Of a stretch of DNA of 64,000 nucleotides, positions 21,520 to 32,544 are shown in pieces (position 1 is the first letter of the stretch; each line of letters begins with the position of its first letter). A program made the translations under genes and the position numbers. Under the pieces are notes generated by a model. The model ran no database searches and was not told the origin of the DNA. It was given only the letters and a program-made list of their open reading frames with translations. This DNA comes from Nitrospirota bacterium (GTDB taxonomy: Bacteria; Nitrospirota; UBA9217): the NCBI GenBank assembly GCA_963751455.1, contig CAVVUN010000012.1, positions 160,001-224,000 on the forward strand, given 5' to 3'.

Positions 21520-22992
21520 TCAGTTATGCGCGGGCACCCCGTCATCCCGAAGGAGGGTGTGTGCCGCGCGGTGCCTGTGAGCGACAGCCGGATTTTTAGA
21601 TGTCTCCCTCGCGCTCATGACTGCCTGGCGCTCGTCCAGCTTAAAGGACTCTATCCTTCCCTGCAGCTGTTCCGCCTCGGAAGACAGCTTTTCCGCTGTT
21701 GAGGTCATTTCTTCGGCTGCAGAAATATTCCGGACGATTACGTTATTCAGCTGCACAACGGCCGAATTTATCTGCTCCGCCCCCGCGGCCTGTTCCTTCG
21801 AAGCCGCGGAAATCTCCTGCACGAGTTCCGCTGTCTTCTGGATATTGGGCACAAGCTTCGTAAGCATTGCACCGGCCCGCTCTGTGATCTTCAGGCTCGA
21901 GGTAGTCAGCATGCCGATATCTTTGGCAGCATCCTGGCTCCGTTCCGCCAGCTTTCGGACTTCCGCTGCTACAACGGCAAAACCTTTCCCGTGCTCGCCT
22001 GCCCGGGCCGCCTCGATAGCTGCGTTTAAAGCGAGGAGATTGGTCTGCCTCGCAATCTCCTCCACCACCGATGTCCTGGCGGCAATGTCTTTCATGGCCA
22101 CTACCGTTTTAAAAACCTCTTCTGCGCTTTCGAGCGCATCCCGGGCCGACATTTGGGCGATCTTTTCCGTCTCGGACGCATTACCGGCATTCTGCCGGAT
22201 TGTGGCGTTCATTTCCTCAATCGAGGATGAGACCTCCTCGGCGGTGGCCGCCTGCTCATTCGTGCCCTGGGACATGACGGTTGAACTCCGGGTTATCTGC
22301 TGCGCGGAGGCCGTGGTGCTCTCCGAGCTCTGCTGAAGGCTGACCACCAGCTGCTTGATGTCCGCAATCATCTTGTTCGCCGTCTTTCCGAGATCGCCGA
22401 TTTCGTCTGAGCTGTCGGCAGCGACGCCTTGCGACAGGTCGCCCTGTGCCACCCTGGTCATGGTTTCCTTGAGCGCCTGGAGCGGCCGCACGATCATGCG
22501 ATTCAGGAAATACATCAAAAGCGCGGAGGCTGCGGCGAGGCTGACAAGACCCACGATGCAGAGAAACAGGATATCGCGCATCAACATGTCGAATATTTTT
22601 TCCGTGGAAAAACCGAGGACCACCCTGCCGGCCGAAACTTCGGAAACCAGAATCGGGCGTTCGACTTCAACACGGTGTTCGGAGATTTTGTCCCGTTTGA
22701 GGGCACGCAACGGCTTGCCTTCCTTATTCAGTATCGAGATGTATTGTATCTCTTCTTCTGACATCGCTTTTTGCAGTATTTCGTCCAGAAGCGTGTAATC
22801 CATGGTCAGGAGCGTGTTGCTCGCGATGCCGCTGATCAGGTTTGCCGCCGTACCCGCCTTGCTGCGGGCGCTGATCATTGATTCTTTAAAATGATCGAGG
22901 TAGAAAAATGCGAAGATGCCGGCAACCGTGACGGTCATAAAGCACATCACCAGCGCGGCAAGCTTCGCTTTGAGAGTTGTGAACAGAATCAT
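21520..22992 (-). CDS. Methyl-accepting chemotaxis protein
   Basis: Two TM segments, HAMP, and the [38 protein letters not shown] signature. Confidence 0.95.
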   Translation of the reverse strand: MILFTTLKAKLAALVMCFMTVTVAGIFAFFYLDHFKESMISARSKAGTAANLISGIASNTLLTMDYTLLDEILQKAMSEEEIQYISILNKEGKPLRALKRDKISEHRVEVERPILVSEVSAGRVVLGFSTEKIFDMLMRDILFLCIVGLVSLAAASALLMYFLNRMIVRPLQALKETMTRVAQGDLSQGVAADSSDEIGDLGKTANKMIADIKQLVVSLQQSSESTTASAQQITRSSTVMSQGTNEQAATAEEVSSSIEEMNATIRQNAGNASETEKIAQMSARDALESAEEVFKTVVAMKDIAARTSVVEEIARQTNLLALNAAIEAARAGEHGKGFAVVAAEVRKLAERSQDAAKDIGMLTTSSLKITERAGAMLTKLVPNIQKTAELVQEISAASKEQAAGAEQINSAVVQLNNVIVRNISAAEEMTSTAEKLSSEAEQLQGRIESFKLDERQAVMSARETSKNPAVAHRHRAAHTLLRDDGVPAHN

Positions 22993-23020
22993 AGCTTTGT
23001 TCCTCCTCCCCGAATATGAC

Positions 23021-23815
23021 CTATCTTACTCTTACCAGGTTCTTTTCGATGATCGACTGACCCTCGGGGGAAAGGATGAAATCAATGAATTTTTTCGCGT
23101 TTCCCGTCGCCTGGCCCTTAGTGACCAGATTTACTTCGCGTGAAGCCAGGTATTTCTTGTTTTTGACGTTCTCCGAGGTGGGAAGCAGACCGTCGATCCT
23201 GATTGTCTTGACCTTATTCGTGTCTATGACCGCGGTGGCAAGAGGGCCGACCGCTCCCGGGGTATTCTGAACGGTTTCGCTGAGCGTCTTCATGGGCGAA
23301 ATGATGGCCCCCTCGGCGTACGGCTCCTTGCTCATCATGATCTCCTGGAACTCTTCCCTGCATGCGCAGCCGGGGGTGCTGATCACGACCCTGATCGGCT
23401 GGTCCTGGCCGCTCACTTCCTTCCAGTTCCTGATTTTTCCCGTGAGAATGTCCTTCACCTGGCTCGACGTCAGATTGTCAACAGCTATGCTTTTGTTCAT
23501 GACGAGGCCCACTGCTCCGTACGCGATCTTGTATGCAACCACTCCCTGGCCGATCTCCTCCTTCTTGAGATCGCGGGATACGCCTCCCAGCTCGACAGTC
23601 CCGGCCACCACTGCCTTGACGCCCGCACCGGACCCTCCTCCGCTGAGCCCGATCTTCAAACCGGTTTTCTTTTCAAAGATCGGGGCGGCCTCCTTCATGA
23701 CGCTTTCCAGGACCGTTACTGAACCGGCGTAGGTCAGGTCGATCGCTCCCGCCTGGCCGGCATAAGAAAATAAACAAACCGCAATACCAAGAACAACAAT
23801 CATTAGGTTTTTCAT
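23021..23815 (-). CDS. PstS-like substrate-binding protein
   Basis: Signal peptide; AGSVTV, GGGSGAG and GKIRNWKEV motifs. Confidence 0.85.
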   Translation of the reverse strand: MKNLMIVVLGIAVCLFSYAGQAGAIDLTYAGSVTVLESVMKEAAPIFEKKTGLKIGLSGGGSGAGVKAVVAGTVELGGVSRDLKKEEIGQGVVAYKIAYGAVGLVMNKSIAVDNLTSSQVKDILTGKIRNWKEVSGQDQPIRVVISTPGCACREEFQEIMMSKEPYAEGAIISPMKTLSETVQNTPGAVGPLATAVIDTNKVKTIRIDGLLPTSENVKNKKYLASREVNLVTKGQATGNAKKFIDFILSPEGQSIIEKNLVRVR

Positions 23816-24034
23816 CGCATTTCTCCTTATCTTCTAACCGCCGGATAATCGTAACAGGGCCTTCTCGTCATCCCAAGCGGACCGTACATGTTAATATGAG
23901 AGTCGGCATTATTTACAATGAGGCCTTATCGAGCATAATGATGAGGGGCATTCCCGATTTGTTCGCAGTGATTAATCCGCGCGAAGCAATACGTAAAGGA
24001 AAGGGGCACGTCTGCCCCTTTCCTCATTTATCAT

Positions 24035-24550
24035 TTAATCGTCATAAGCGCCGGCAGCGCTGTATGAATAAGGAAGTCCGTTAACAGCCCAACCGTTCTT
24101 TGTGCGGTAACCGCGGGAATCCGCGCCGCCCTCAAAGCCGGTAAGCATGTTCGCGGCCTTGTAGCCCGCAGCTTCAAGGGCTATAGCTGCCTTAACGCTC
24201 CTGGAGCCGCTCCTGCACATCGTAATCAGAACAACGTTCGGATTGTCCTCAAAAATACCTTTTACATCACGCAGAAAAGATGGATTTACCACGAGCGACC
24301 CGGCTATGTCCTTCTCGTAGGGGACATTCACTACTTTTCCTTCCAGGGCCGCGCCTTCTCCCAGTTTGTTTTTGCCGGGATGTCCAACCCATGTCCATTC
24401 CTCTGCCGTCCTTACATCAAGAATAAACGTACCCGGATCGCTTACAGCTGATTCATACGCTTGTTGAGGAGTAACATCTTCATATGCGTACGACGTCACT
24501 GCCAAACCTAATACGAGTAAAGCAAGCGAGAGCAATGCAACTTTTTTCAT
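24035..24550 (-). CDS. Exported rhodanese-domain sulfurtransferase
   Basis: LDVRTAEEW and active-site CRSGSRS; signal peptide. Confidence 0.9.
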   Translation of the reverse strand: MKKVALLSLALLVLGLAVTSYAYEDVTPQQAYESAVSDPGTFILDVRTAEEWTWVGHPGKNKLGEGAALEGKVVNVPYEKDIAGSLVVNPSFLRDVKGIFEDNPNVVLITMCRSGSRSVKAAIALEAAGYKAANMLTGFEGGADSRGYRTKNGWAVNGLPYSYSAAGAYDD

Positions 24551-25104
24551 TTTTTTCCATCCTTTCGCAAATTAATTTTAATAAACTAAACTAAGTGTTC
24601 GCCAATGTCTTATCCTCACCTCCTGCCCGGCGCTATTAGTAAAGTAGTAAAACACTAGCAAATGAAAAGCAGTCTGTCAAACCATAGTATTAGTTTTTAT
24701 CTAATTATATTTTTATAGGCTTTTAGTTGTAGGCAAAAACTGTACAAAGTAAATTTCCAGAGAAATAAGCTTCCAAAACAAATATTTGGGTCCAAATGAA
24801 TGGTAATATGAAAATCTGAAAAGATCAGTATTTCTATATTAATTGCACAAAGAAGCAAAAGAGTGCGCTCTTCTGGCTTTTTGTGCCGCCGAAAACGTCG
24901 TGTACTTTTAAGCTTGAGAGCCGTCTAACATCAGGTCATGCAGGGTTTCGGAAGCAAATAAACCGGGTGGTTTGAATGGGGAATGTACTGACGTTGAGAG
25001 AACGAATGTCTTGAATCAAAAATCGCGATTGTTTTAATGTGTCATGGTCAAGAACAACTTGGTGTACATGAACCTCGCCACCACCAAATCGAATGCTGGC
25101 AGCC

Positions 25105-25120
25105 TGTGACTTAAATCACA
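25105..25120. promoter_or_regulatory. Crp/Fnr-family binding site
   Basis: Perfect TGTGA-N6-TCACA upstream of 25190. Confidence 0.65.
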
Positions 25121-25189
25121 TCACCTTTTTGTCTTAATGTCTATTCTATCTTTAGTCGTACGAAATTGATTGTTAGGAGGACTTTGACC

Positions 25190-26248
25190 ATGAAGAGATC
25201 TCTTTCCGTGATGCTTGCAGCCGCAATCGTAACTGCCGCGATCCTGTACTCGTGTAATGGAGGAAAGACCGGAGCCGGCTCAGGAACAATCGGTCTTTAT
25301 CTCACTGACGATATGTCGCTCTTCAGCCAGGTGACCGCAACCATCAACAAGGTACAACTCATCAATACCGGCAATGAATCAGGTTGTGACCTGCTGGCCG
25401 CCCCTGTCGCTATAAATATCGCCAACCTCGCGGACAGGATGCAGTTGGTAGATGCGACGCAGTGCGCTGCCGGTCCGTATAACCGGTTCCGGCTGCAATT
25501 TGATAAAAGCGTGCAGTTGATGAGCGGAACAACGGGGACTCTCGCGATCTGCTCGTTCACGTCTTACATGGACGAAGGGCATGAAAATCAGCCGAATATT
25601 CTTAACTGTGATCCGGGCACCGGTATCTGCACCCTCGATGTAAACGGGGCGGTGAATGTGCTTGCCGCGCAGGACAACAAACTCGCGCTCGACTTCGATC
25701 TCAAGAATTTCAATGTCGTGAATTTCGGTATGCCTGATTGCGCGGTCACCATGAAGGTCTCGCCCCTCACTCCGAGCCAGATGCGTCAGCACGGCAGCGA
25801 AGCGATTACCGGAATTATTTCCAGCCTCGACACGGAGACCATGACGTTCGACCTTACCCGGGGCAACAGGACTTTCAGCGTTCTCTATTCCGGAATCACA
25901 GCCTCCAGTCAGCCGGATCTCAATACGCTGCTTCAGCGTGCGCAGGCGGACGGCTTGAGGACCCTGGTGACAACGTCAGGCATTGATCTCGGAAATAATT
26001 CTCTTACGGCTTTAACGATAGCAGTGAAGGTCGAAGGGACAGTCTCCGGCCTGGCGAACGCAATCTTTACCGTGAATTATGGGACGGCCGGAAACATCAG
26101 CGTGAATTCCGCCAATGCTGTTGTGGCAGGCGCTATGACGGACGGTTCATGGGTGAATGTAAAATTGATCGGTCATGACGCCATAAGCCATAATTTTATT
26201 GCGAACAAGGTTGAGGTAGAGAGTCCGGGAATGACAACGGAAAATTGA
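25190..26248 (+). CDS. Lipoprotein, DUF4382-like
   Basis: Lipobox LYSC, LYLTD, LALDFDL; RBS AGGAGG. Confidence 0.7.
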   Translation: MKRSLSVMLAAAIVTAAILYSCNGGKTGAGSGTIGLYLTDDMSLFSQVTATINKVQLINTGNESGCDLLAAPVAINIANLADRMQLVDATQCAAGPYNRFRLQFDKSVQLMSGTTGTLAICSFTSYMDEGHENQPNILNCDPGTGICTLDVNGAVNVLAAQDNKLALDFDLKNFNVVNFGMPDCAVTMKVSPLTPSQMRQHGSEAITGIISSLDTETMTFDLTRGNRTFSVLYSGITASSQPDLNTLLQRAQADGLRTLVTTSGIDLGNNSLTALTIAVKVEGTVSGLANAIFTVNYGTAGNISVNSANAVVAGAMTDGSWVNVKLIGHDAISHNFIANKVEVESPGMTTEN

Positions 26249-26372
26249 TCGGAGCGGATATCCATCCGATTCGGCCGGCAGATCGGGCAGTGGAATGCCC
26301 TGCTCTGCCGGTTTTTTTTGCCCCGCGGAAAAACGCCGGTATGTTGGGGCTCTGCAGAAGTTGAGGCGAAGG

Positions 26373-27306
26373 TTAATTGACCGCGCTTTGGGATTGTCGG
26401 CCCGGCCCGGGCCCTTTCCCGCCGGCTTGTTCCGCTGCTTCCTTCCGCTCAGTGGCGGACCAGTCGTTCAGGCTGTGAGCAGTGTTATGGCAGTTTACGC
26501 ATCTCGGAAACTTCGCCCTGAAGCTGGCCGGATGACGAATCCCGTGGCACTTTTCGCAGGTCGGTATTTCCGTATGCTTTTCCTGGTGACAGCGGGCGCA
26601 CGCTATCCGGTTGTGCTTCGAAGTGTTCCCGCCCAGAAGAGCGGCCTCTTCCAGGTGACACTGCCCGCAGTATTTTGAGGGCATGTCCGCGGGATACGTG
26701 AAGAACTTCGGCATGTGCACGCTGTGGCAGTTCTTGCAGCGCGCAATAACGGTCCCGGCGTGGGGTGTGTTGTGGCACTGTGCGCACTCCGGCTTCTTCT
26801 TGTGGACGTCATGGCAGAAAGACACACCCGAGCGCAGTGTGCCTGCTTGGATTATCGCTCAGCTGCCGAACCTCGACTCCATGGCAGTTGAAACAGCCGG
26901 CTTGAGCGCTAAACGTTATATTCAGCGGAGTATGCGGATTTTTGTGGCAATTGAGGCAGCCGGGCACCTCGAAATGGGACTTCCTTGTTTTCAGATGGCA
27001 CTTCGTACATTCGGCAATCGGCTTTTCCACTTCCGGCGGATGACCGGTATGGCAGCCTATGCACGGGACGCTTCTGTGTTTCCTTCCCGCTGAAGCGATA
27101 TCATTCACCTGGTCGGGATGACAGTTCTTGCATTCTTCTTTTTTATACACGACTGCCGGTTTAGGGGCTATCGGTATATTAGCGGCTGCACGCTTATTAG
27201 GGGCTGCGGGTTTATTAGGGATTGCAGGCGCACCAGGTGAATAAACCGATATCCCAAAAAGTAATATCAGCGCAATCAGTTTTCCTGCTTTTACCCCTTC
27301 GTCCAT
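26373..27306 (-). CDS. Multihaem cytochrome c (12 CxxCH) with one frameshift at ~26818-26820
   Basis: 5 CxxCH in the upstream ORF and 6 in the downstream ORF; CVFCH is restored across the junction by removing one base. Confidence 0.85.
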
Positions 27307-27540
27307 GCAACCCATCCCAAAGCAGACCTTTCGTTTCCGACTGATAATCAAAAAAGAGGAGCAATTCGAGACCGGATTATGTCACAGTTTTTAAAAGCAG
27401 TCAACCGGCAGCAGGGCCAATTAACCCGCAACGGCGCGCCCGGTCTTCATATGCCGCTTAACATGGGGGATGTTGCAACATTCTGGGGATTTTATGTTAT
27501 TGATTGACTTATACTGCGGATTCTTTCTCGCGAACGGAGG

Positions 27541-27615
27541 ACCATTCGTGGTGAGCTTGTCGAACCATTCATGGTGAGCCTTGCCGAACCATTCGTGGTG
27601 AGCTTGCCGAACCAT
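27541..27615. repeat. Three tandem ~23-24 bp REP-like units
   Basis: ACCATTCGTGGTGAGCTTGTCGA repeated three times with variation. Confidence 0.8.
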
Positions 27616-27619
27616 CAAT

Positions 27620-28000
27620 TCAGGCGACCGCTCCCTTGGCCGCGCACTCCTGGTTCTCTTTTTTCTTCCCCTTCTCTTTTTTGCCGTTCAACATCCGATA
27701 CCGGGTCCCCCATTTGTGCATGGCTTCCAGAATCGGGCTCAGGCTTTTGCCGATCTCCGTCAGGGAATATTCGACGCGCGGCGGGACTTCCGCGTAGACT
27801 TTGCGCCGGAGCAGATTGTCTTCTTCCATCTGCCGCAGCTGCTGGGTGAGCATCTTCTGGCTGATGCCGTGCACGCCCCGGGAAAGTTCTCCGAAGCGCT
27901 TCGTTCCGGTAAAGATCTCCCGCAGGATCAGAACCTTCCACTTGTTGCCCAAAAGCGCCAACGTGATTTCCACCGGGCATCCCGAATGTTCCGTGCTCAT
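27620..28000 (-). CDS. HxlR-family winged-helix regulator
   Basis: CPVE, GNKWK, ISQKMLTQQLR and VPPRVEYSLT motifs. Confidence 0.95.
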   Translation of the reverse strand: MSTEHSGCPVEITLALLGNKWKVLILREIFTGTKRFGELSRGVHGISQKMLTQQLRQMEEDNLLRRKVYAEVPPRVEYSLTEIGKSLSPILEAMHKWGTRYRMLNGKKEKGKKKENQECAAKGAVA

Positions 28001-28196
28001 ACTGGCCTCCTCTTATTCCTTTCCTCAATACTTACTTTTTGGTAAGTACATAACAAAATAGTGCCTACTTGCTATTAGAAAGTAACTGGCTTAACATACG
28101 CCAACCGATCGGGAGAAGCAAGCGAAAAAGGGCGGGCAGCCGAACGCGCGCGGCCAGATGTCCGCCCCTGTTGAAATCATGAAAAGGAGAACACAC

Positions 28197-28418
28197 ATGA
28201 ACAGCAGCAAACCTGTAGAAATGGAACTGGAAGCCGGCACCTATTACTGGTGCTCTTGCGGACAAAGCGGCAAGGGACCTTTCTGTAACGGATCTCATAA
28301 GGGGTCCGGCAAAACACCGGTTCAATTCAGCGTTGAGGAAAAGAAAAAAGTATAGCTCTGCAATTGCGGACGCACCAGGACAGCGCCGTATTGTGACGGA
28401 ACACATGATAAAAAGTAA
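28197..28418 (+). pseudogene. Tandem CDGSH iron-sulfur domain protein with in-frame TAG at 28353-28355
   Basis: WCSCGQSGKGPFCNGSH...KKV*LCNCGRTRTAPYCDGTH in one frame. Confidence 0.85.
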
Positions 28419-28451
28419 ATTGGGTCGGGTTCGTAAATACAAGGAGATATA

Positions 28452-28895
28452 ATGTTGAATAGAATATTTAAGACGGAAAATGACACTGCGGCCCTGGTTC
28501 TCAGGGTCCTGCTCGGGATCGTGTTTCTCCCTCACGGGATACAAAAGGTCCTGGGATTATTCGGAGGAAATGGCTTCAGCGGCACCATGGAATTCTTTAC
28601 CGGGACCCTTGGCATCCCGGCCGTGTTCGCCTTCCTGGCCATCGCGGCCGAGTTTCTCGGTGCACTCGGTCTCATTGCCGGGTTTTTCACCCGCGTAGCA
28701 GCTTTGGGCATCGGCATCATGATTACTGTGGCTGCCCTCATGCTTCACGTCCAGAACGGGTTTTTCATGAACTGGTTCGGCAATCAGAAGGGAGAAGGGT
28801 TCGAATACCACATCCTTGCCGCCGGGATGGCACTGGCCCTCGTGCTCAGGGGCGGCGGAAAATGGTCGCTCGATCGGCTCCTCGCGAAGCAGTAA
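28452..28895 (+). CDS. DoxX-family membrane protein
   Basis: HGIQK, AEFLG, GEGFEYH and GGGKWSLD motifs. Confidence 0.92.
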   Translation: MLNRIFKTENDTAALVLRVLLGIVFLPHGIQKVLGLFGGNGFSGTMEFFTGTLGIPAVFAFLAIAAEFLGALGLIAGFFTRVAALGIGIMITVAALMLHVQNGFFMNWFGNQKGEGFEYHILAAGMALALVLRGGGKWSLDRLLAKQ

Positions 28896-29025
28896 GTGGA
28901 CAGAGAAAAGCGGGCCGTTCATCTGAACGGCCCGCTTTTGTTCGGTCTCCCCGGGCCTGAACAGGATACGTTAGTGCCAGGAAAAGATCGTCGTTTCTCA
29001 TTTTACTGACTTTTTTTCTCTTATA

Positions 29026-29055
29026 TTCGCAAAAAAAAGCGGAGAGTGGTATATT
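29026..29055 (+). promoter_or_regulatory. Sigma70-type promoter of ncRNA copy A
   Basis: TTCGCA-18 nt-TATATT with extended TG; the same boxes occur at 37360-37389. Confidence 0.65.
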
Positions 29056-29061
29056 AATTTC

Positions 29062-29363
29062 AAGGCGCTGCCAGACCAACACTGGAAAGTGTAAACGTGT
29101 TTTATCCTCCGTTGAGGGCGTGAAGCGACTGACTTGGCGTGATCGATTAATCGGAAAGCAGTGGCGCCAAAAGCGCTATTAACTGCCGGTTCAAAGATTA
29201 CGGAAAGTTGGAAGTCAAAAGCCCCGCGACCGAAGGATGTACGGTGAAGCCAGCGGGAACGGTTCTGAATTTGCGAAAGCAAAGACGGGAGTGTGAACGC
29301 GAGGAGCACTGAATATTCCAAGGTTCAACAGCAGGAATAAGATGCGGGTCAAAGCAACGCCTT
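29062..29363 (+). ncRNA. Putative large structured ncRNA, copy A (family not recognised)
   Basis: 5'/3' ends pair (AAGGCGCTGC / GCAACGCCTT), many internal helices and GNRA-type loops, paralogous to 37396-37702 with covariation. Confidence 0.75.
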
Positions 29364-29381
29364 CTGACTCATTCCCCATTC

Positions 29382-29413
29382 AACCGCCGAGGTCCAACCT
29401 TGGCGGTTTTTTT
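29382..29413 (+). terminator. Intrinsic terminator
   Basis: AACCGCCGAGG-loop-CCTTGGCGGTT followed by a T-run. Confidence 0.85.
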
Positions 29414-29545
29414 ATTCACAAATAATTGCACGCGTAATTGCTGACTGGTGTATTGAAAGGTGAGATAATTTCAGTAGAGCGATCCATCATCCGTGAGCGC
29501 GCGCTGCACGTCGTCGAAACATGCTGTGCCGGGATCGAAGAAGCA

Positions 29546-31492
29546 ATGATGAAGCGGAAAATGAAGAATAACGGGATTCAATTTACCGGGATGCGATCCG
29601 GAAAGAAATTGACCCCTCTCCTGATTGCGCTGCTTTACACGGCCGTCGGGGGGATTTGGATCCTCACCTCCGACAGCATCGTATTCATGATAAGCAGGGA
29701 CCCGGACATCATTACCCGCCTTCAGACCTACAAAGGCTGGTTCTATGTCGCGATAACCGGCTCGATGCTCTTTTGGCTGATTCACCGCTATGGTAATAAA
29801 CTTATGCGGGCCATGGACATATTGAGCGAGAGCGAAGAGCGGTACCGCATTGTTGTAGAGACGGCGCTTGATGCCATCATTACCATTAACGCAGAAAGCA
29901 CGATAGTATTTGCCAATCCTGCCGTAGAAAGGATTCTCGGTTATTCAAACGCTGAAATCGCCGGCCGGAAACTGGATATGCTCATGCCGGAGCGGTTCCG
30001 GCAAAGACACTATGACGGCATTAAACGGTATAGAGAAACAGGGAAAAGACGAGTGTCCTGGCAAAATGTGGAATTTCCGGGATTGCATAAGAGCGGCAGG
30101 GAGATACCTCTCGAGATCTCTTTTGGTGAATTCATCAAAAACCGCGAGCTATTTTTCACCGGTTTTGTGCGCGACCTCAGTGACCGAAAACAAGCCGAAG
30201 AAACGATTAAATATCAGATGTACCACGACCTTCTGACCGGCTTGCCGAACAGGGCACTGTTCATGGACCTTCTGAATCATGAAATAACCAAGGTTCAATT
30301 GACACGGAAGAAACTCGCCGTGTGTTTTTTGGATCTAGACCAGTTTAAGAACGTCAATGATTCGCTGGGACATGCTGCCGGCGATGCTCTGATAAAGGAT
30401 GTCGCAGCCAGGTTAAAGAGCAGTTTGCGCGATTTCGACGCGGTCGCGCGGATAGGAGGCGACGAATTTACGATACTGCTGCCCTTTCTGAACCATTCGG
30501 CGGACGCGTCCAGAATCGCGGATACCATAATGGGGGCCTTTAAAAAACCTTTTATCATCGACGGCCATGAGCTCAGTTTAACCGCGAGCATGGGCATCAG
30601 CCTTTACCCTGAAGACGGCGAAGGCGCGGAGTCCATTGTTAAAAATGCGGATATTGCTTTGCATTATGCAAAGCACCTGGGCCGGAATAATTACCAGTTT
30701 TTCAATACCGCTTTGAACATCAGGACGCTTGAGCGGATTATTCTGGAAAACAGGCTGCGTCAGGCGGTGGAGCGCGGAGAGCTGGTTGTGTATTATCAGC
30801 CGCAAATGGACATAACGACGCGGCGGATAATCGGCGCGGAGGCGCTCGTTCGATGGAACCACCCGGACTTGGGACTGCTGCAGCCGATGCAGTTCATCCC
30901 TATTGCCGAAGAAATAGGATCCATCATTCAAATTGACCAGTGGGTCATGCGTACCGCATGCAGGCAACTCAAGGTCTGGGAGGCAGCCGGACACGGACCG
31001 CAGCATATAACGATCAATCTTTCAGCCCGGCAGTTTCAGCAGCCGGGGCTGCCCGAATTGATCTCAGCGGTACTGGAAGAGACGAAACTCCGCCCGGAAT
31101 GCCTCGGAATCGAGATCACCGAGACGCTTGCCATGCAGGATACGGAATTGACCTCGCGTAACCTGCTCAAGTTGAACTCCATGGGCGTCAGGCTTCTCAT
31201 CGATGACTTCGGCACCGGATATTCTTCATTGAGCTACTTGAAGAAACTGCCTATTCATAAACTCAAGATCGACAAGTCCTTTATCACTGACCTTACCAGG
31301 GACCGCGATTATCAGGCGATCATCAATGCGATAATCGCGATGGCGCACATTCTGAAGATGAAAGTGGTTGCAGAGGGCGTCGAAACGGAAGATCAGATGT
31401 CATACCTGCATTCAAAAGACTGCGATGAAATGCAGGGATACCTTTTCAGCAAGCCTGTCCCTGCCGGGGAATTCGAAAAATTACTTGCGTGA
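29546..31492 (+). CDS. TM-PAS-GGDEF-EAL protein
   Basis: Two TM segments, FixL-like haem PAS (LMPERFRQRH), GGDEF, EALVRW, DDFGTG. Start codon uncertain. Confidence 0.92.
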   Translation: MMKRKMKNNGIQFTGMRSGKKLTPLLIALLYTAVGGIWILTSDSIVFMISRDPDIITRLQTYKGWFYVAITGSMLFWLIHRYGNKLMRAMDILSESEERYRIVVETALDAIITINAESTIVFANPAVERILGYSNAEIAGRKLDMLMPERFRQRHYDGIKRYRETGKRRVSWQNVEFPGLHKSGREIPLEISFGEFIKNRELFFTGFVRDLSDRKQAEETIKYQMYHDLLTGLPNRALFMDLLNHEITKVQLTRKKLAVCFLDLDQFKNVNDSLGHAAGDALIKDVAARLKSSLRDFDAVARIGGDEFTILLPFLNHSADASRIADTIMGAFKKPFIIDGHELSLTASMGISLYPEDGEGAESIVKNADIALHYAKHLGRNNYQFFNTALNIRTLERIILENRLRQAVERGELVVYYQPQMDITTRRIIGAEALVRWNHPDLGLLQPMQFIPIAEEIGSIIQIDQWVMRTACRQLKVWEAAGHGPQHITINLSARQFQQPGLPELISAVLEETKLRPECLGIEITETLAMQDTELTSRNLLKLNSMGVRLLIDDFGTGYSSLSYLKKLPIHKLKIDKSFITDLTRDRDYQAIINAIIAMAHILKMKVVAEGVETEDQMSYLHSKDCDEMQGYLFSKPVPAGEFEKLLA

Positions 31493-31633
31493 ATGCCGGG
31501 AAAAATAATACTTCAATTTGATTCTACAGCCTTCTTTTTTTACTAAGGAGTATATCTTATCATTAATTTTCTACTCGTTCCCTCTTGCTTCTACTTTTTT
31601 TCTTACTTTTTCGTTCTTACTTCTCTATTTTTT

Positions 31634-31649
31634 TGTGATTTCAGTCACA
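31634..31649. promoter_or_regulatory. Crp/Fnr-family binding site
   Basis: Perfect TGTGA-N6-TCACA upstream of the PilZ gene. Confidence 0.65.
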
Positions 31650-31716
31650 GTTAAATAATACTAAAGAATTATAAGTAATCAGGGAGTAAAATTACCAAGG
31701 GGGAAATGAATTTTAC

Positions 31717-32424
31717 ATGAAGAAGATCATTATCGCGGACCGAATCTGGCAGGGAGTAGGTTTCGAAGTCTATCCGGACAGCGAGGATATCCAGGTATTC
31801 AAAGCCTATTCAAATGAAGATGTGCTGAATCTTCACCGGGAAAACAAGGCGGACCTGATCATCACTGAACTGTATGGAACCGGCATGAGCACGGCCCAGC
31901 TCTGCTCTGTGATCAGAGAAACCCCGGATCTTAAGTACGTTTCTGTAATCGTATGCCGCAAGGACAATGTTATTGAAATTGCTCAAAGCCAAAAGTGCAG
32001 GGCCAACGTGGTTTTGACACTGCCGCTCCGGCCCGGCGTTCTGCGCCGTGCCGTGCAGCAGCTTCTGACGATTCCGGTAAGGGCCTTTTACCGTATTCCG
32101 TTCAGCGCCCGCTGCTCAAAGCTGTCTGCGAGTGGTTCCTTCCAATGCGAGGCAGAGAATATCAGTATCACCGGCATACTTATTCAAGCAAAAGCGGATC
32201 TGAACCAGGGCGACAGAATCAATTTTACACTGAGCCTGCCCTATGTGGGATCTTTTGAAACTCAGGCAGAGGTGATCAGAACGGTCAAGACCGCGGGTAA
32301 TCGGCGCCAATATGGTCTCCGCTTTTCCCGGCTCGAACCCACGGCGCGGTACGCGATTAAGACGATCGTTGACTTGATAACATTTAAGCTGCCTCAGAGA
32401 TTTCCAGGGAGTGTATTCAGATAA
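31717..32424 (+). CDS. Degenerate receiver + PilZ domain protein
   Basis: REC-like N-terminus; RAFYR (RxxxR), NISITG and YGLRF PilZ motifs. Confidence 0.8.
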   Translation: MKKIIIADRIWQGVGFEVYPDSEDIQVFKAYSNEDVLNLHRENKADLIITELYGTGMSTAQLCSVIRETPDLKYVSVIVCRKDNVIEIAQSQKCRANVVLTLPLRPGVLRRAVQQLLTIPVRAFYRIPFSARCSKLSASGSFQCEAENISITGILIQAKADLNQGDRINFTLSLPYVGSFETQAEVIRTVKTAGNRRQYGLRFSRLEPTARYAIKTIVDLITFKLPQRFPGSVFR

Positions 32425-32544
32425 GAAAGCTACACAGCGCGTGGTCACGGGAGTAACCGGCTTGCCTGGAAATCGTCGATGCCTATCTCTTCAGCTATGT
32501 GCATGGGCCAGCCGGGCTCCGTGAATTAAGGGCGGCACATGACA

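Noticed and set aside
27541-27615. Possible CRISPR array
   Set aside because: Units are contiguous with no spacers and no cas genes are present; REP-like tandem repeat.
28998-29321. 107-aa ORF antisense to ncRNA copy A, and short ORFs over copy B
   Set aside because: Reading frames are not conserved between the two copies, whereas base pairing is.
29062-29363. Riboswitch (e.g. c-di-GMP) controlling the downstream GGDEF-EAL gene
   Set aside because: No GEMM consensus recognised, and copy B has no downstream co-oriented gene, so a cis-acting role is unlikely.
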